Source of the DNA: Geosiphon pyriformis uo1
Taxonomy: Eukaryota > Fungi > Glomeromycota
NCBI GenBank assembly: GCA_016748015.1
Contig: JAAOMT010000470.1
Coordinates: 62,001 to 126,000 of the forward strand
Direction: 5' to 3'
DNA: 64,000 nucleotides
The notes below the pieces were generated by a model. It did not search any database. It was not told the DNA's origin and saw nothing but the letters and a program-made list of their open reading frames with translations. Position numbers and translations under genes: made by a program. Shown here piece by piece: positions 50,719 through 64,000 of this stretch (positions within the stretch are counted from its first letter, which is position 1; each line of letters opens with the position of its first letter).

Positions 50719-53700
50719 TAATAAGCTTGTTTTTAATTAAGTACAAATACAGTAATTTTAAATGGTGCTTTATTTAAATAATAAACTATTTTTTATAGAT
50801 TATAAAATAATTAAACGTTTTTCTTATAAATATTTTAATTAATTTCTGCTGAAAAAATTTCACGTTAATAAAAACTAGTCAATTTAAAAAAACTGCATGC
50901 AAATTTAATGAAAGCATTTATTTTAATTATATATAGTGTTTCGAATTTGCATGTTTCTTTTTTAAAGTATTTCAAATGCTTTATTATTTCATCATTTTAC
51001 TTAAATAGTAATTGTTTTTAAAAAACTACTTAACAAAATAACGTAAATTTTTGGATTTATTTTAATGCTATTAATTGTAATAAAATATTTGAAAAATTTA
51101 TAAGTTTTTAACTTAATTTTTGGCGTTCTTTTCGTATCTTAGAATTTTAAATGTTAAAATATAATAAAAAATAAATTTTAATAATATAACAATATATTTA
51201 TAATATTTATAACATCTGTTTTCTATTTATAATTTAATTTAATTTAATTTAAACAAAATTATAAAAACTTAAATAAATAAATCTTAATATAAATTTAAAG
51301 GGTTGTTCAATAAAATTTAACATTATATACTTATTAATATATTTACAAATAACTCTAAAAAAATTTTATATATTGTTTAAATAATAAAAATTATATTGTT
51401 TTAATAAATCAAAATATTAATTTTAGCTTAATTATTAATAAGATGCTTATCATTTGTGTTTTATTTACATATTGTAAATACTTGAAGTTAATTAAAACAA
51501 TTAATAAATTTTTTTTTTTACTATTATTTAATTATCTTATTATTTTTTTAGTTTAAAACCGGTATAATATTTATTTATTATATAGTTGCAATTAAAATAA
51601 TATTAAATTAATTTAAAACCAATTTAATATTTAAATATTATAGAATTACAACTTCAAATTACATATTAATAATTAGTTGTAATACTTATTTGTTACATTT
51701 GTTATAAATAAAATTTCAGATTTTAAAAATAAAATATGTTATAGTTAACAAATTATTTATTTTTGATAATAATAATAATAATATAATTAATTAGTAATTA
51801 AAAAACAATTAAATAACCAGATAAATTAATTATATTAAAAATAAATTGTTCTTGCGAAATTTCAATTGAAATTAGTAAAAGATTTGTTAATTAAAAATGG
51901 ATTTAAATAGTTTAAAAATATTGCTTAAAATTTATAAATTTTTGATATTGTTTAAATATGAAAATAAAAAACTAAAACAATTATTTATCATAACAAACCG
52001 TTTATAAAATAGTTTTTTACTTAAAGTTATAATATTTTTCTTAATTAAAAATTTTATTAAAATTAATTAATTGAAATTTTTTATTTCAAGATTAATTATC
52101 TATTCCAAGATTTTGGTTGAATATATATATGAAAATGGTTTTTTATTAAAATTATACAATTATTAAATTTTTCTAAAAAACCTTTTTTTGGGGTGTGTTA
52201 ATTTTTTGATTGTAAAAATTGAAAAATTGAAAAAATAATTTATATAAACAAATAAAATAAGAATAATTTAATGCTTAAAAAGAACTAAAATGAAAACAAT
52301 TAAATCAAATTTTAAAATTTCAAATAACACGTTTATTAAATAACTTGTGTGAAAAGTTTAAATATATGCTATTGAATTATTATATTTTAATAAACCAAGA
52401 ATATTTACAATTTTTTAGCTTTTCAATTTGTATATATTAAAAATATTGGAAAATTATACCCAACAAAAAGCAATATAAAAAATTTTATTAAAGTAAATAA
52501 AAATATATCAAAATAAAAGATAATAATTAATGTTTACCAAATTAAAATATTTTTGAAAAAATTGTTATGAATCAAAATAACAAGTTAACAGATAGCAAAA
52601 AAGAACAAATATTGTATGATAATAAATGAATTAAAGAGAAATATTCAATAAAAAGTAAATTAAATTAAATTACAAAATAAGTCTCATAAATATATTAATT
52701 ACTATTCTTTTAATTGAAATCTAAAAAAGAATAGGCGGTATTATTAACAAAAGATAACATAGCTAAATGTAATTCTATGCCGCAATTGATGCTCTTAAAA
52801 TTCAATGACCGATAGTTTTGATATTTTTCAATAATTATTTATTCAAAAATATTTTTTAAAGACTAATACAATTACAAATTAAGAAATGAAAAAGAAAGAG
52901 AATTATAAATTTTAATTTAAAAGGTTAAAAAAAAATTGGATTGTTATATTTGATGAATTATTGTCTTAATTAATTCTAATGTGAATTGATTTTGTAAGAT
53001 TGATAATTTTTACAGGTATAAAAAGTCTTGTTTATATATATTCTAAAAAAAAAGATTGATTAGGTCAATAACCAAGGTAATAGTCAAGTTAATAATTATA
53101 TTAACTAATTCTAAAAATAAGATGGTAAATATATATAATATTAATGGCTGATATCAGTGACTAACTAAAATTGGGTAATTATTAAAAATAATTACGAAAA
53201 AATCTAATAAGTAATCAATTAATATAATCAGTTTTATAAAATTACAGTTATGAATCTTTTTAAAAATTAAAAAATAACACAACCGCTATGTCTTAATTGA
53301 CATTCTTAGAATTTAATACTTGTTTATTTAATAATTTTTTTGACTAATACCAATCATAATACCAATTCAAAAGAGAATAATGAACTAAAATAAATTATAA
53401 TATTTTCAAATTTATTGTATATATTATTTATTTTGAGGTTTATTTAAAGTTAAGGATATAAGTAATTTGAATTTAAATTTCTATTATTAATTCAACATAA
53501 AATATTTATACAATTTAATATATTTTATTTCTTATTATTTTCAATCGTTAAAATATTTAAATTTAAAGTTAAAAAAATTAAGTTCGTTATTTTTTTGGAT
53601 GCTTATTGTAAATAATTATTTTGCATAATTATTTTAAAAATTGACAGATTTAGAAATATGAGCACAAGAATATAAAGTAAATTAATAATTTAAAGTTTTT

Positions 53701-54499
53701 TGAAATAATAATTTCATATAAAATAGTTTTAATTTGTCTATAATAACCAATTTGAAACCAATAAAATCAAAAAAAAAACTAGAAACAAATTTTATATAAA
53801 TTCTTTTACTTTTAAAAGTGGTTTTGACATTAAGCCAAAAATTATTCATTAGTAATAATATCGAAAGTTACATATGAATTTTTATAATATTACGTATTAA
53901 TTGACAGAAATATATATAAAAAAATGCAATATGTTTTTGTTTTTTTAATGAATTATTATTGATTAAAACAATTTTAAGTCAAGCAAAACATTCAAATATT
54001 GGTCAATTTTACATTGAAATATGTTGTTATTTATATTTTCATTAAAAAAGTCTGAATCAAAAAAACATTTTTAATATTGTTATTTGGAAAAGTTGAAAGT
54101 TTCCAAAAAACATAATTTGTTGATGTTTTTCAAATGAATGATAAAACTATTGTTTAATATTACATTATTGCTTTTTGTTGCCATTTAAGAAGCAATTATA
54201 AGTGTTGTTATTCATGTCTTTATAAAAACAAACATTTTGTTACAAATTTAATTTTAAAAAAATATGCTTCAACACCGAATAAAGACTGGTTAAGATTTTA
54301 TTACTAGAAAAATGCTTTTGTAACATTTTGTTTAACTCTTTCTAAAATTGAAAATTTTTTTTAGCTTATTTAACAAAATAATATTAAATGTTAGTTTTTT
54401 TCTTTTATTCTAAACATGAACAAGATATTCATAAGGCAAAATTTCAAAAAAAATTCAAGGATTTTCAAAAAGTGACTACAATTAATTACTATTTTTTTT

Positions 54500-54930
54500 T
54501 TGTCTTTATTATTTTTTACCTATAACTTTCCTTTTTGATAAAATGCGGGAATTATCACAGGGATAAACATGTTTTATGGCTTCGGTAATATGCAAAGCCC
54601 AGTGCATTATTTACTCTGCTTTATGCTGCCGATATATTCGAAGTATGGCAACTTTAATTTTTTAGTGCCCCAATATCTAAAATAGTTGAAATCTTTGGGG
54701 TAGCTCTATCAATCTTTTAATTGAAGATATTCCGCGATTAGTAATTCAGGTTTGATTGCAAATATATTGATTTTTAAGTTTTATGCTTTATCAAATCAAA
54801 TATTTTATATGTACTTATTTCTTCTAACTAAGTTTATTTGTCATGAATAGACCCTCGCCTACGATATTATTCCTACAATCAGTCTCGCTATAGTTTTAAT
54901 AATCCATTTAATTTCATTTTATAGCGTTTG
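54500..54930 (+). pseudogene. Paralog of the C-terminal multi-TM region of the gene at 57316-60648
   Basis: 'ALFTLL', 'FSAPISK', 'LLIEDIPRLVIQ' followed by a GT donor at the equivalent position, then 'TLAYDIIPTISL' vs 'TLAFDNIPLMSL'; frameshifts and stops. Confidence 0.8.
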
Positions 54931-55299
54931 ATTTAGGTCCGTATTTAAAGTATAAATGTACATTGCTACCGGTAAAAACCATGGGAAATGAGTGAAATTT
55001 ATTAAATTCAAATATATATTTATTTGTTGTTAGAATTTATTATAAATTTAGTAATATAATAATCTTAATTAATAACAAATACATGTATTTGATTGGCTAT
55101 GTAAATAATATTCTATCTCATAAAACCATCAACCAGGGCTTGGATACGCAATTGCTTAATTTATATTTGTCGAAAGACTTTGTATGAAAATTTACTTAAA
55201 TAATGAAATATATTTTTGCGCCTGAAAAACTCAAATTAATGCCATTTTTCCTTATTTATACATTTCAATTATAAATATTTTATTTTCTTTAAGGCTTTT

Positions 55300-55970
55300 T
55301 GTAGTAAATCAACTTTTTTTATCTGTAACAAGAAACACACCTTTAATGGCAATATCCAAAGTCGATATTGTGATTCTACGTTTCCCTTTTCAAGAGTCTC
55401 ATTAACATCGTACCCATAATAACAACAATATCCAAGTTGATGTTGTGCTTCGGCGTTTCCCTATCCTCCTGCTTTGGTATACAATCTAGCCGCTTCTTCA
55501 AAATTCTCGGTAACACCTTCCCCATTATGATGACAATATCAAATTGATTTTTTGCTTCTGTATTTCCCTTTTCTGCTGCTTTGGTATACCATCTAACCAC
55601 TTATTCAAGATTCTCATTAACACCGTACTCATTGAAATAGCAAGTCCAAGAGGGAATTCAATGTTGGAGCTATTATCAGGCCATCCCAACATTTTTTATA
55701 AAGTGCAACATATTCACTTGGTGTGTTATCGATTGGCTTTTCTCGGTAACCATAAAGAATTTTTCCTAAAATGGAAATTTATTTTAAGATAAATATAAAA
55801 ATGAATAATTTTCTTACACCCAATATTAGAAGGTATAATACTTTTGAAGGGTGGGTGGTTGCCCACTTGTCAATTCCCATAAAGAACCCCAAGAGCGTAA
55901 ATGTGTATCTTGTATACATTAAATGCAACTTGTCCCATAGGCTGGGTGGTTGAGCCGAAGAGGTCATCCA
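55300..55970 (-). pseudogene. Tyrosine-kinase-like kinase plus Sel1-repeat pseudogene
   Basis: 'IYALGVL/LWELTSGQPP' (kinase subdomain IX, frameshifted), 'PSEYVALYKKCWDG', then 'VRWYTKAAEKGNTEA' Sel1 repeats. Confidence 0.78.
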
Positions 55971-57315
55971 AATTTTATTGAAATGCCAAAGTCAGCTATT
56001 TTTATTGTTTTATTGTGCACCAAAATATTAATGAATTTAAAGAAATTAATCTTGTCATAGAATCAAATTTAAAAAATTTTTGCATGTCGACATTTCGCTG
56101 CAACTAAATTCTCTAGAATAAATATTCGACAATATGTTCTTAGCTATGATGTTTATGATAATTTATGTTCTTTATTAACCTATTTTTGGACTCTGTGATC
56201 GCATTGCTCTTGTTAATTGCCTGTATGATGACTTAGAGATTTCGTCACATCTATGTTTTCCCAAAATCTAAAATCTATCGTTACCAAGATCTTCAAATTT
56301 CTAATTAGAGATTGAAGCGCATTTTTTAAGGTATCAGCGAGAAAATAGCTGGATAAATTTGTGTTCTAAAACTTGATATTGTAATTTCAAATAATTAAGA
56401 ATTTAAAATAAAAAAATAAATTTTTAATGACAATTTAAATAATAAAATTCTACCAATTTTATGTGTTTATAACAAAATTTAGAATTAAATAAAATAATTT
56501 TTTAAATAAAAGATGATTTTTCTTATTTCATTAATTATTATTAACCACTAATATTATTATTTATATTTTTATCTTAAATTAAAACCAAAACTTGAAATAA
56601 ATTATATTAATACATTTTATTCTTACAGTAAAAATATATATGTACTTTTTTCTAATAATCAAAAAAAACTTACTCAATATAAATTGAAGTAAAATCTTTT
56701 CAATTATTTGAAAAATTAAAAGTTTTTAAAAATATCTTGAAACTGAAAAAATTCAACACATGTTTCAAAAAGAGTTTGTTTAAATCTAGATTTGTTTCCA
56801 AATTCTGATCATGTTTCGGTTTAAAATGAATGATGCAATTTGATACTTTTTCTCAATTTATTCCTGATATTTTTATCACACTAGCAAATTGTTTTATAAT
56901 AAAAATTTTCTCTATCAAAAGCCTCTTTTTAAAGACAATATTTGATTTTTGAAAAAGTTCGAAATTGAATTTTTTTTTCTGAAATTCAGAATTCTTTCAA
57001 AATCGGAAAAACTCAAATATGTTTGATAAAAACACATGATTGTTTTTCCAATTGTGAATCAACGTATTGAAAAAAAAAGCAAATTTGAAAGTCAACCATT
57101 GTTTTATTTGATAAAATATTTGCAAATAACAAAATTATTTTATATTCATAATTTTAAACGTTATAATTTATATTTAGGAATTTTATAAAATAATTGTATT
57201 TGTTGGCAATTTTATATTTTCTCTTAATCTTGACATTAACTTTGAACCATCGGTTTAATTTTCATACATAATAGCATAATAAAAATAAAATAAAATTCGA
57301 AGCTGAAATTTCCGT

Positions 57316-60300
57316 TTATATCGAACTTAACTCACTCATCTCTTCGGGTTTGACGTGTAACCATAGGCTCTTAACACGAAACCAAAGAAAGACGCTATAA
57401 AGTCGAGATATTAAATTCATCGATAAAATTATTGAGCTCATAGTGAGACTCATTAGAGGAATATTATCAAAGGCCAAAGTATGATGCTGATATAAAACCT
57501 AGTTGAAAATTATTGTATAAGAGAGATTGAATTTTATCAAGCATTGAAGTGCTTCATTTGATTAAAAAGTACCTGAATTGTAAACTGTCCAATATCCTCA
57601 ATAAAAATATTCAAAAAACCACCCCAGAAGATTAAATTTTCAACTCTCTTAGATATTGGGGCACTAAAAAGACCAAAATTGGCGTACGCTGAATATAAAA
57701 TATTCAGAGCACCAATATTAGCGCCAGAGAGTAAAGTAAATAACGCAGTGAGCTTTCCGTATTGCCGAAACCATGCAGCATATTCATTATTTGTGATAAT
57801 TTCTGTGATTATAGTGTACCCTGCGAATCCACTATTGAAAAGTAAAGATATAGCTAGAACTGATATGCTGATTGATAAAAAAAAATTATTAACATTTTTG
57901 CCGATTTTCAAGGAATTTACTAAAAATTTAAAAACCTTGAGGTACCTTGGTAATATATAAAAATCTTACAACTCTTCCGTTGTTTATAACGAATGCGATG
58001 TCGAGTATCAAATCCATTAGAGCCAATGTAAAAGAAACGACTGCAAAGCTGTTACCCTAAATTAATAGTTATCAAATATTCTTTTAATTATAAGATTTGT
58101 AATAATAATTCGTATAGTATAGCTGCAAAAAAAGGTAAATACCTGAGGATTTTTTTTTCTTCCTATAAAATATAGAGCCATTAGAGTAATAGCAATAATA
58201 GCGATCCCAATTAATTTAAATTTGATTTCTTCCCAAAGATTAGCTGCAAATTTTAGTAGCTAAAAAAGTAAATAGATATAAATTTCATAAAACTCAAATT
58301 TTAAAACTAAAAATATGCCTCACGTGTAACTTGGAATCCGAATTTCTCATCTAAGAAAGCCGTGTGTGGATATTTGGAAAAACCAGTTGCCCATTTATTC
58401 TCGAGTATTATCTTGAGATCTTCTGCAATTTTCATGGGATTCCTTGAATTGCTTTCTGATAAAATCCGAAGTTGTAATATTTCCCAACTTTTTGAATCTG
58501 ATCTATCAGTCTTATGATCCATGATTTTGATACCCTTCCTTTCAACTGGAATGGTTAAAGCCAATTGATCTTCAAGTTTTCCGAAAAATTCTTTCTCTTC
58601 AGTCTTCGTGAAATTCTCAGTTCCCTCTTGATTCAGACGCAAGAGTCCAGTTAGGTCTTAAAATCAACAATAAAATTGTTATGTATTTAGTTGAATGGCT
58701 ACATTGAAAATTTTCTAACAGAAATAAACGATATACTCTTACTTCTATGAATTATTTTTTGGTTTTTTAGATCTTTCAAACAAAAGCAATCAATGAATCA
58801 ATGAGTGAATGAAGGAATGAAGGAATGAGCAATTAATTAAACTTAAAAAATAGATTTCTCCATAAGGTAAAAAAATATGTACCTTTTTCTGTTTTAAATC
58901 GCCAGATATTTCTACCGATTCCCCTATAGGCATCATTATGCTCTAGATCTTTAACAAAATTATTATCGACCACTATAAAATATTCTGTCTCAAGTTCATT
59001 AAATGTGCTATTAAATAAAGTCACTGTGACGGTTTTATCATCCACACTACAATAGGGTGGATTTCCAGAAAGAGTCTGCCTCAGAATTGGTGCAGTAAGA
59101 TTGACTTGATAAACTGAAATATTATGATTGTTGTTGTTGGATAATGTAGTTTTATTGTAATAAGTGATGTTTATTTTGTTCCACCTCAATGAAATATTTT
59201 TTGCGTTAAGTGAAGGGTAAGTAGTGTTAATTAAAAAATTTTTATATCCATTGTTTCCAGTGTCTGCTCAAATAAAAAATTAATAAATATCATACAAATC
59301 TACCAAAAATACTACATTTCAATTCAATCTTACCATTTAAGAAATGTGGTAAATATCCGGAATATATTGTAAGATTGTTCTCCCCTAGTGTAGCAACCAA
59401 GAAAGTATTGTTTGGTAAGACATTCCAATTGGATTTCGAAAATTCTGGAATGCTCAATGAATCGTTATAGCTTCCAGATTGGTTATATAAACATAAAGTG
59501 GGATACGTGGTTATTGTCCGATCCAAAGGTTTCATTTATTTTTCCGCCAAAAGCCAGTGATATCGATTTACCACTGTCATAGAGCTCGTCATATTTTAAT
59601 ACTCCTCCATTCCTAAGAAATACTATTTGAAATTTAGGGTTTTTTTCTGTCACAGGTTTATTTTTTATTTTCAACAGGTTACAATAATAACCCAAATCCG
59701 CCGTTTGAGCACCACATTCTATAATTCTCAAATCGTTTTCATCGTCTTCATCGAGTAGATAATGAGGACCAAAATAAGTTATTTCTGGCTTCCAAAATGT
59801 AACATACATCAAAGATCGCGTTATGTTTGCATCGAGAGAATTATTAACAACATATGCAAATCCAAAGCCTCCTTCAATTGTTTGAAATAATTGACAGGAA
59901 TCTAAATGCGATGTCAAATTTCTTTTCAATCCAAACTTTCCATCATAAATCTGATTGAACGTTTCATTTGATTTAGTCCTAGATGTATATAGAGAATGAT
60001 TTAAGAACCATATTAAATTGTTCCGAGATCTTATATGTACCAACTTACGGATTATTATAAATAGTCCACTTTATCATGTTCTCATACGGTAGATAATTCG
60101 CAATACAGAATTTATCGTGGATATCATTTCTTATTGATATAAGGTTTATGCCTAATTCTATACCACTGTATAAAGTGTTGTGAATTATCAATAAAACTTT
60201 TAGTTTTAAAATTCAGCAAGTTTTTATCTTTGAGAGTTATTTTAAAAAAAAACCTTTGAATTAGTGTTCCATTCCACGAAAATATTTTTCCCAATTTTCC

Positions 60301-60648
60301 CTTGCTACATTCACATTCATATTCCACCAAAAGATAATCAGCGTTAAGAATGTAAATATGAGTTATTTTACTCGTGTCTCCATAATTTGTTTCATTATTT
60401 TGAATAAGACTGCCGTTAAATGTAAGCTGGAAGTATGCTCCATAAGGTTGTTTATCACATTTTATTATGATTTTTTCATCTTGGATGAACGTTTGTATGT
60501 CGACAACCGAATTAAGTCTCTTTGGAACAATTATGAATGCGCTTTGATTTAAATGTAAATTACTTTTAATAGTTGAAATAACAAAACTCAAGGATATCAA
60601 AATAATTAATTGATAATAATTGAAATAAACGGTTGAGAAAAACTCCAT
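57316..60648 (-). CDS. Multi-exon membrane protein: signal peptide, large ectodomain with Ig-like (SbsA/Big_5-like) module, C-terminal multi-pass TM region
   Basis: Consecutive minus-strand ORFs separated by GT-AG introns. 'STFNELETEYFIVVDNNFVKD...GIGRNIWRFKT'; hydrophobic helices from 58240; 'IFIEDIGQFTIQ|VLY'; stop TAA at 57316-57318. Frame integrity near 60050-60250 and ~59500 could not be fully resolved. Confidence 0.75.
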
Positions 60649-60894
60649 AATTTTTTAAAAGTTATTATGTTTGCAGAATAATTTTTAAATGGGTTGGCTC
60701 TTTTGTTTTCCTAATTTTTCAATTTTTTATATCTTTTATTATCGAAATTATTGGAATTTAAATCCAGTTAAGATTATATCCATCTCATACTAACTAGTTT
60801 GCAAAAAAAAAAGATTACTAGAAGGATCTAAAAATACTAATTCTTTGATATTGCCTTTTAAAGTCGACCAATAGAGTTTATGCAAATTAGCCTA

Positions 60895-61500
60895 ATCACA
60901 AGCACAAAATTAACTTGGATGTTACTATTATAATGGGAAAGGTGTTATCGAGAATTTCGAAGAAGCAGTCGGATGGTATACCAAAGCAGTAGAAAAGGTA
61001 AATACAGAAGCACAATATCAACTTGGATATTGCCATTATAATGGAGAAGGTATTACCGAGAATTTTGAAGAAGCGGCTAGATGGTAGCCAAAGTAGCAGA
61101 ACAGAGAAATGCAGAGGCACAACATCAACTTGTATATTGCTATTATTTTGGGTATGGTGTTAATGAGAATCTTGAAGAAGCAGTGAGATGGTATACCAAA
61201 GCAGCAGAGCAGAAAAACATAGACGCCTAATGTATACTTGGGATTCTGTATTTCAGGGGCATGGTGTTACCAAAAATTTTGAGAAAGGAATTGAATCGAA
61301 GAAATGTGAAGGTGCAATATGAACTTGGGTCTTGCTATTATAATGAGGAAGGAGTGAAACAGAATAATGAAATAGCATTTGAATAGATAACTAAAGCAGC
61401 CAAGCAAGAAATGAACTTGCCCAATATGCACTTGGATGTTGCTATTATAATGGGTATTGTGTTGCCGAAAAATCTTGAGAAAGCAATTGAATGGAATCAA
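60895..61500 (+). pseudogene. Sel1-like repeat pseudogene (5-6 repeats of ~36 aa)
   Basis: 'EAQYQLGYCHYNGEGITENFEEAARW*', 'NENLEEAVRWYTKAAEQ'; ~108-bp periodicity, in-frame stops, no start codon. Confidence 0.85.
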
Positions 61501-64000
61501 ATATTGAAATAAAGCTTGTTAAAATTTTAATAGTCTTCAAATTATTTTGAATATATATTGAAGGAAACGAAAAATAAAAAGAAATTAAGGAATTTCGACA
61601 ATAGTTTAAGAACAAATATCTGCAATTGGAATAACATATTGCTTCACGTATCATGAAAAAAACATTTTTAATCACTTTAAAATATATTTATTCTCAAACA
61701 ATTCAGTGCATATTAAATTTATTCCACGTACTCTTTCAATTCATAAACGATTCTAATCATAATACAATTCGAAGATACCTATTTGCTAGCAGTAACTTTC
61801 TTTTAAATAAGCATCTTAAATGAAATATAAGCACAATTTGAAATAATCTATCCTAAAAAACATTTTGAGTATGGACTACCTTTTTCTTCTCCCCCCACCT
61901 CCTCCATAAATTTATCAGCGCTTGAGAAAAATATTTCATCATCATTATGGAAGAAGTTCAAAGTCTAAAAATTTACCAATTTTAAAATTAAGCAAAAGGA
62001 TCGTATATTTCTAGATGGGGAGCTAGATCCTTATTACTTAATATCTTATGTATCGCTGGGATTATATTGAATTTGAGTATTAGTTTTTTATACATTATGT
62101 GAAGTTATAATTTAAAAAGCACCTGTGCATAATTAATAGTTGAAAACTTGTAAAAATGCCGATTATCTTCATACTAAATGCTATTTTTTGAATCCTTCTG
62201 ACCCACATATGTTACTCATACCAGTTACAATTTATTCATATTTCAGAATTATATATATTATTAAATGTATTTAATTTTCTAGAATTGCTGTCAATTATTA
62301 ATAGATTTTATTTATTTTGAATACTAAGTTTAATGAAAAGATCAAAGGAAAATAATACCGTTAACCATATTGATCTGAGAAATTATAACCTATTTTGGAC
62401 TTGGGTTAATTTGTGTAATTTTTTGGTGGCTTGTAATATTAATTTATCATAAATACATAAATATATATATTTTCTCTAATAATTATGTAAAAAATTACAG
62501 TTTAATCCCTTTAGATAAATAAATATTTCGATAAAAAACGCTTTAGAATTGATAATCTCACTTAATATTGAATCATTTTTATATCAAGATCTTGAATTTT
62601 ACAAATATATAATTATACAAAACTTGGTGATAACAATATAAAATCAATTCGAATACAACTTCAAGTTACCAATATTATGAGTTATTTATTCACAAATTAA
62701 GTATTCTTTCATATCAAATAAATTTTAATCAATTATAATATTGAATTTTTTAGTTTTTTTAATAATGTATTTTTAATATTATTAGAATATTTTCCAATTA
62801 TAATATTATTATTTTACTTTTTTTTGTATAAAAAAACATAAATTAATATTGAATATATTGTTAAAATTACATTAAGTTTTTAATTAATAAAAAACCAAAT
62901 ATTTTTAAGATAAAACTTTTTAATTGACATATATTTGCTAATTTTCAATATATTTTATAAACGTTATAACTTTATTTCTAATGCATAAACCGAAAAAATT
63001 GTCATAAAAATTTTCAAGTTTCTAGAAATTTTTTCAATTTTTTTTTTGAAATTAAGTAATTAATTTAATAAACAACTATTAAATAAATAATTTATCACAA
63101 CTTTTTTAGCATAACACTTTAATAAAAGTTTTATTTAAACCAAAATAGATAGTTTTTCAAATTAAAGCCAGGTGTTTTAAACTTTAATACTTGTAACAAC
63201 ACCAAAATTTATGAATTTTTTACCAAATATATTTTTTTTTTAAATACTAATTTTAACAATAACAATATTAAAAACTTTCTGAAACTTAAAAATAATAATA
63301 GTGTATTTTTTTTAATAATTTAACTTAGATAATTAAAAAACAATAATATGTTTAAATAGTATTTCTATAATTAAATTAATAATCTTATAGACTGTATAGT
63401 TAAAAAAAAGTTTACCAATATAGTCTTAAAATTATTTTTTCTTCTTAATAATAATTAATAATTAACAGCATAGACAATAAGAGCAAAGTTTTTAAAATAA
63501 ACAATAGCATAGTGCTGCAAACTAGTAAACTTTAATTAAGCAACAACAATAATCTTGCCCAATACTTCAAAAGCATCTTTAATGTTATTAAAAATGTGTT
63601 AAATAAAATATTAATTAAAAAATATTTTTAATATAAGCTACTTTAATTTTAATAAAAGCATTGAATACTAAACAAAAAACTATTTACTTAAAGAATTTCT
63701 AATAACTAGTAATAATTTTTTAGTGAGTAGATACAATATTAGAGACTATAACTATTTTAGAAAAAAAAAAGATGTTTGAATTTTATAACTTTGGTAATTG
63801 ATAAATGTATTTTTAAAACAAAAAATAATTTGCTAAAAATGACTGTATTAAACAATAGAGTCAAATTTTAATCCATCTTTATCTTAATAAACAAAATATG
63901 GTTGTTAATATTCAAATTAAAAAAAATTGTTGCTTACAGCTAAATTAGAACTTATTGCCATAATTGGTGTTAATAAGATAAAACTGTTAAAAACATCAAA

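Noticed and set aside
61850-62250. More GC-rich patch that might be a gene fragment
   Set aside because: No sustained frame or recognisable motif.

Overview
Very AT-rich, intron-containing eukaryotic DNA. Gene and repeat content looks like a Glomeromycota (AM-fungus/Geosiphon-like) genome; this is inferred, not verified. Bases 1-35,000 are almost all decayed transposons. I reconstruct a three-layer nest. (1) A full-length LINE with APE, RT, RNase H and an 11-bp TSD spans 6125-30214. (2) A Ty3/gypsy element (Gypsy-B) inserted into the LINE. (3) A second, complete Ty3/gypsy element (Gypsy-A) inserted into the 5' LTR of Gypsy-B. A ~15-kb inversion (6624-21677) then split LINE ORF1 and the 3' LTR of Gypsy-A. 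Both gypsy elements have an unusual layout: gag, protease, a ~200-aa multi-CxxC domain, dUTPase, RT, then RNase H and integrase (deleted in B), and a conserved non-env ORF3 before the 3' LTR. Both 4-bp TSDs reconstruct to YCGT. Two older, heavily transition-mutated gypsy relics and a pogo/Tigger element with perfect 24-bp TIRs flank the nest. Bases 35,000-64,000 hold a BTB-BACK gene running into an N gap, a Kelch-repeat type-I membrane gene with an inverted partial pseudogene copy, an Ig-like/multi-TM membrane gene with three pseudogene paralogs, kinase/Sel1 pseudogenes and two DDE transposase relics. A Tn5/Nextera mosaic-end sequence at 37120-37138 is probably an assembly artefact. All alignments were made by eye.
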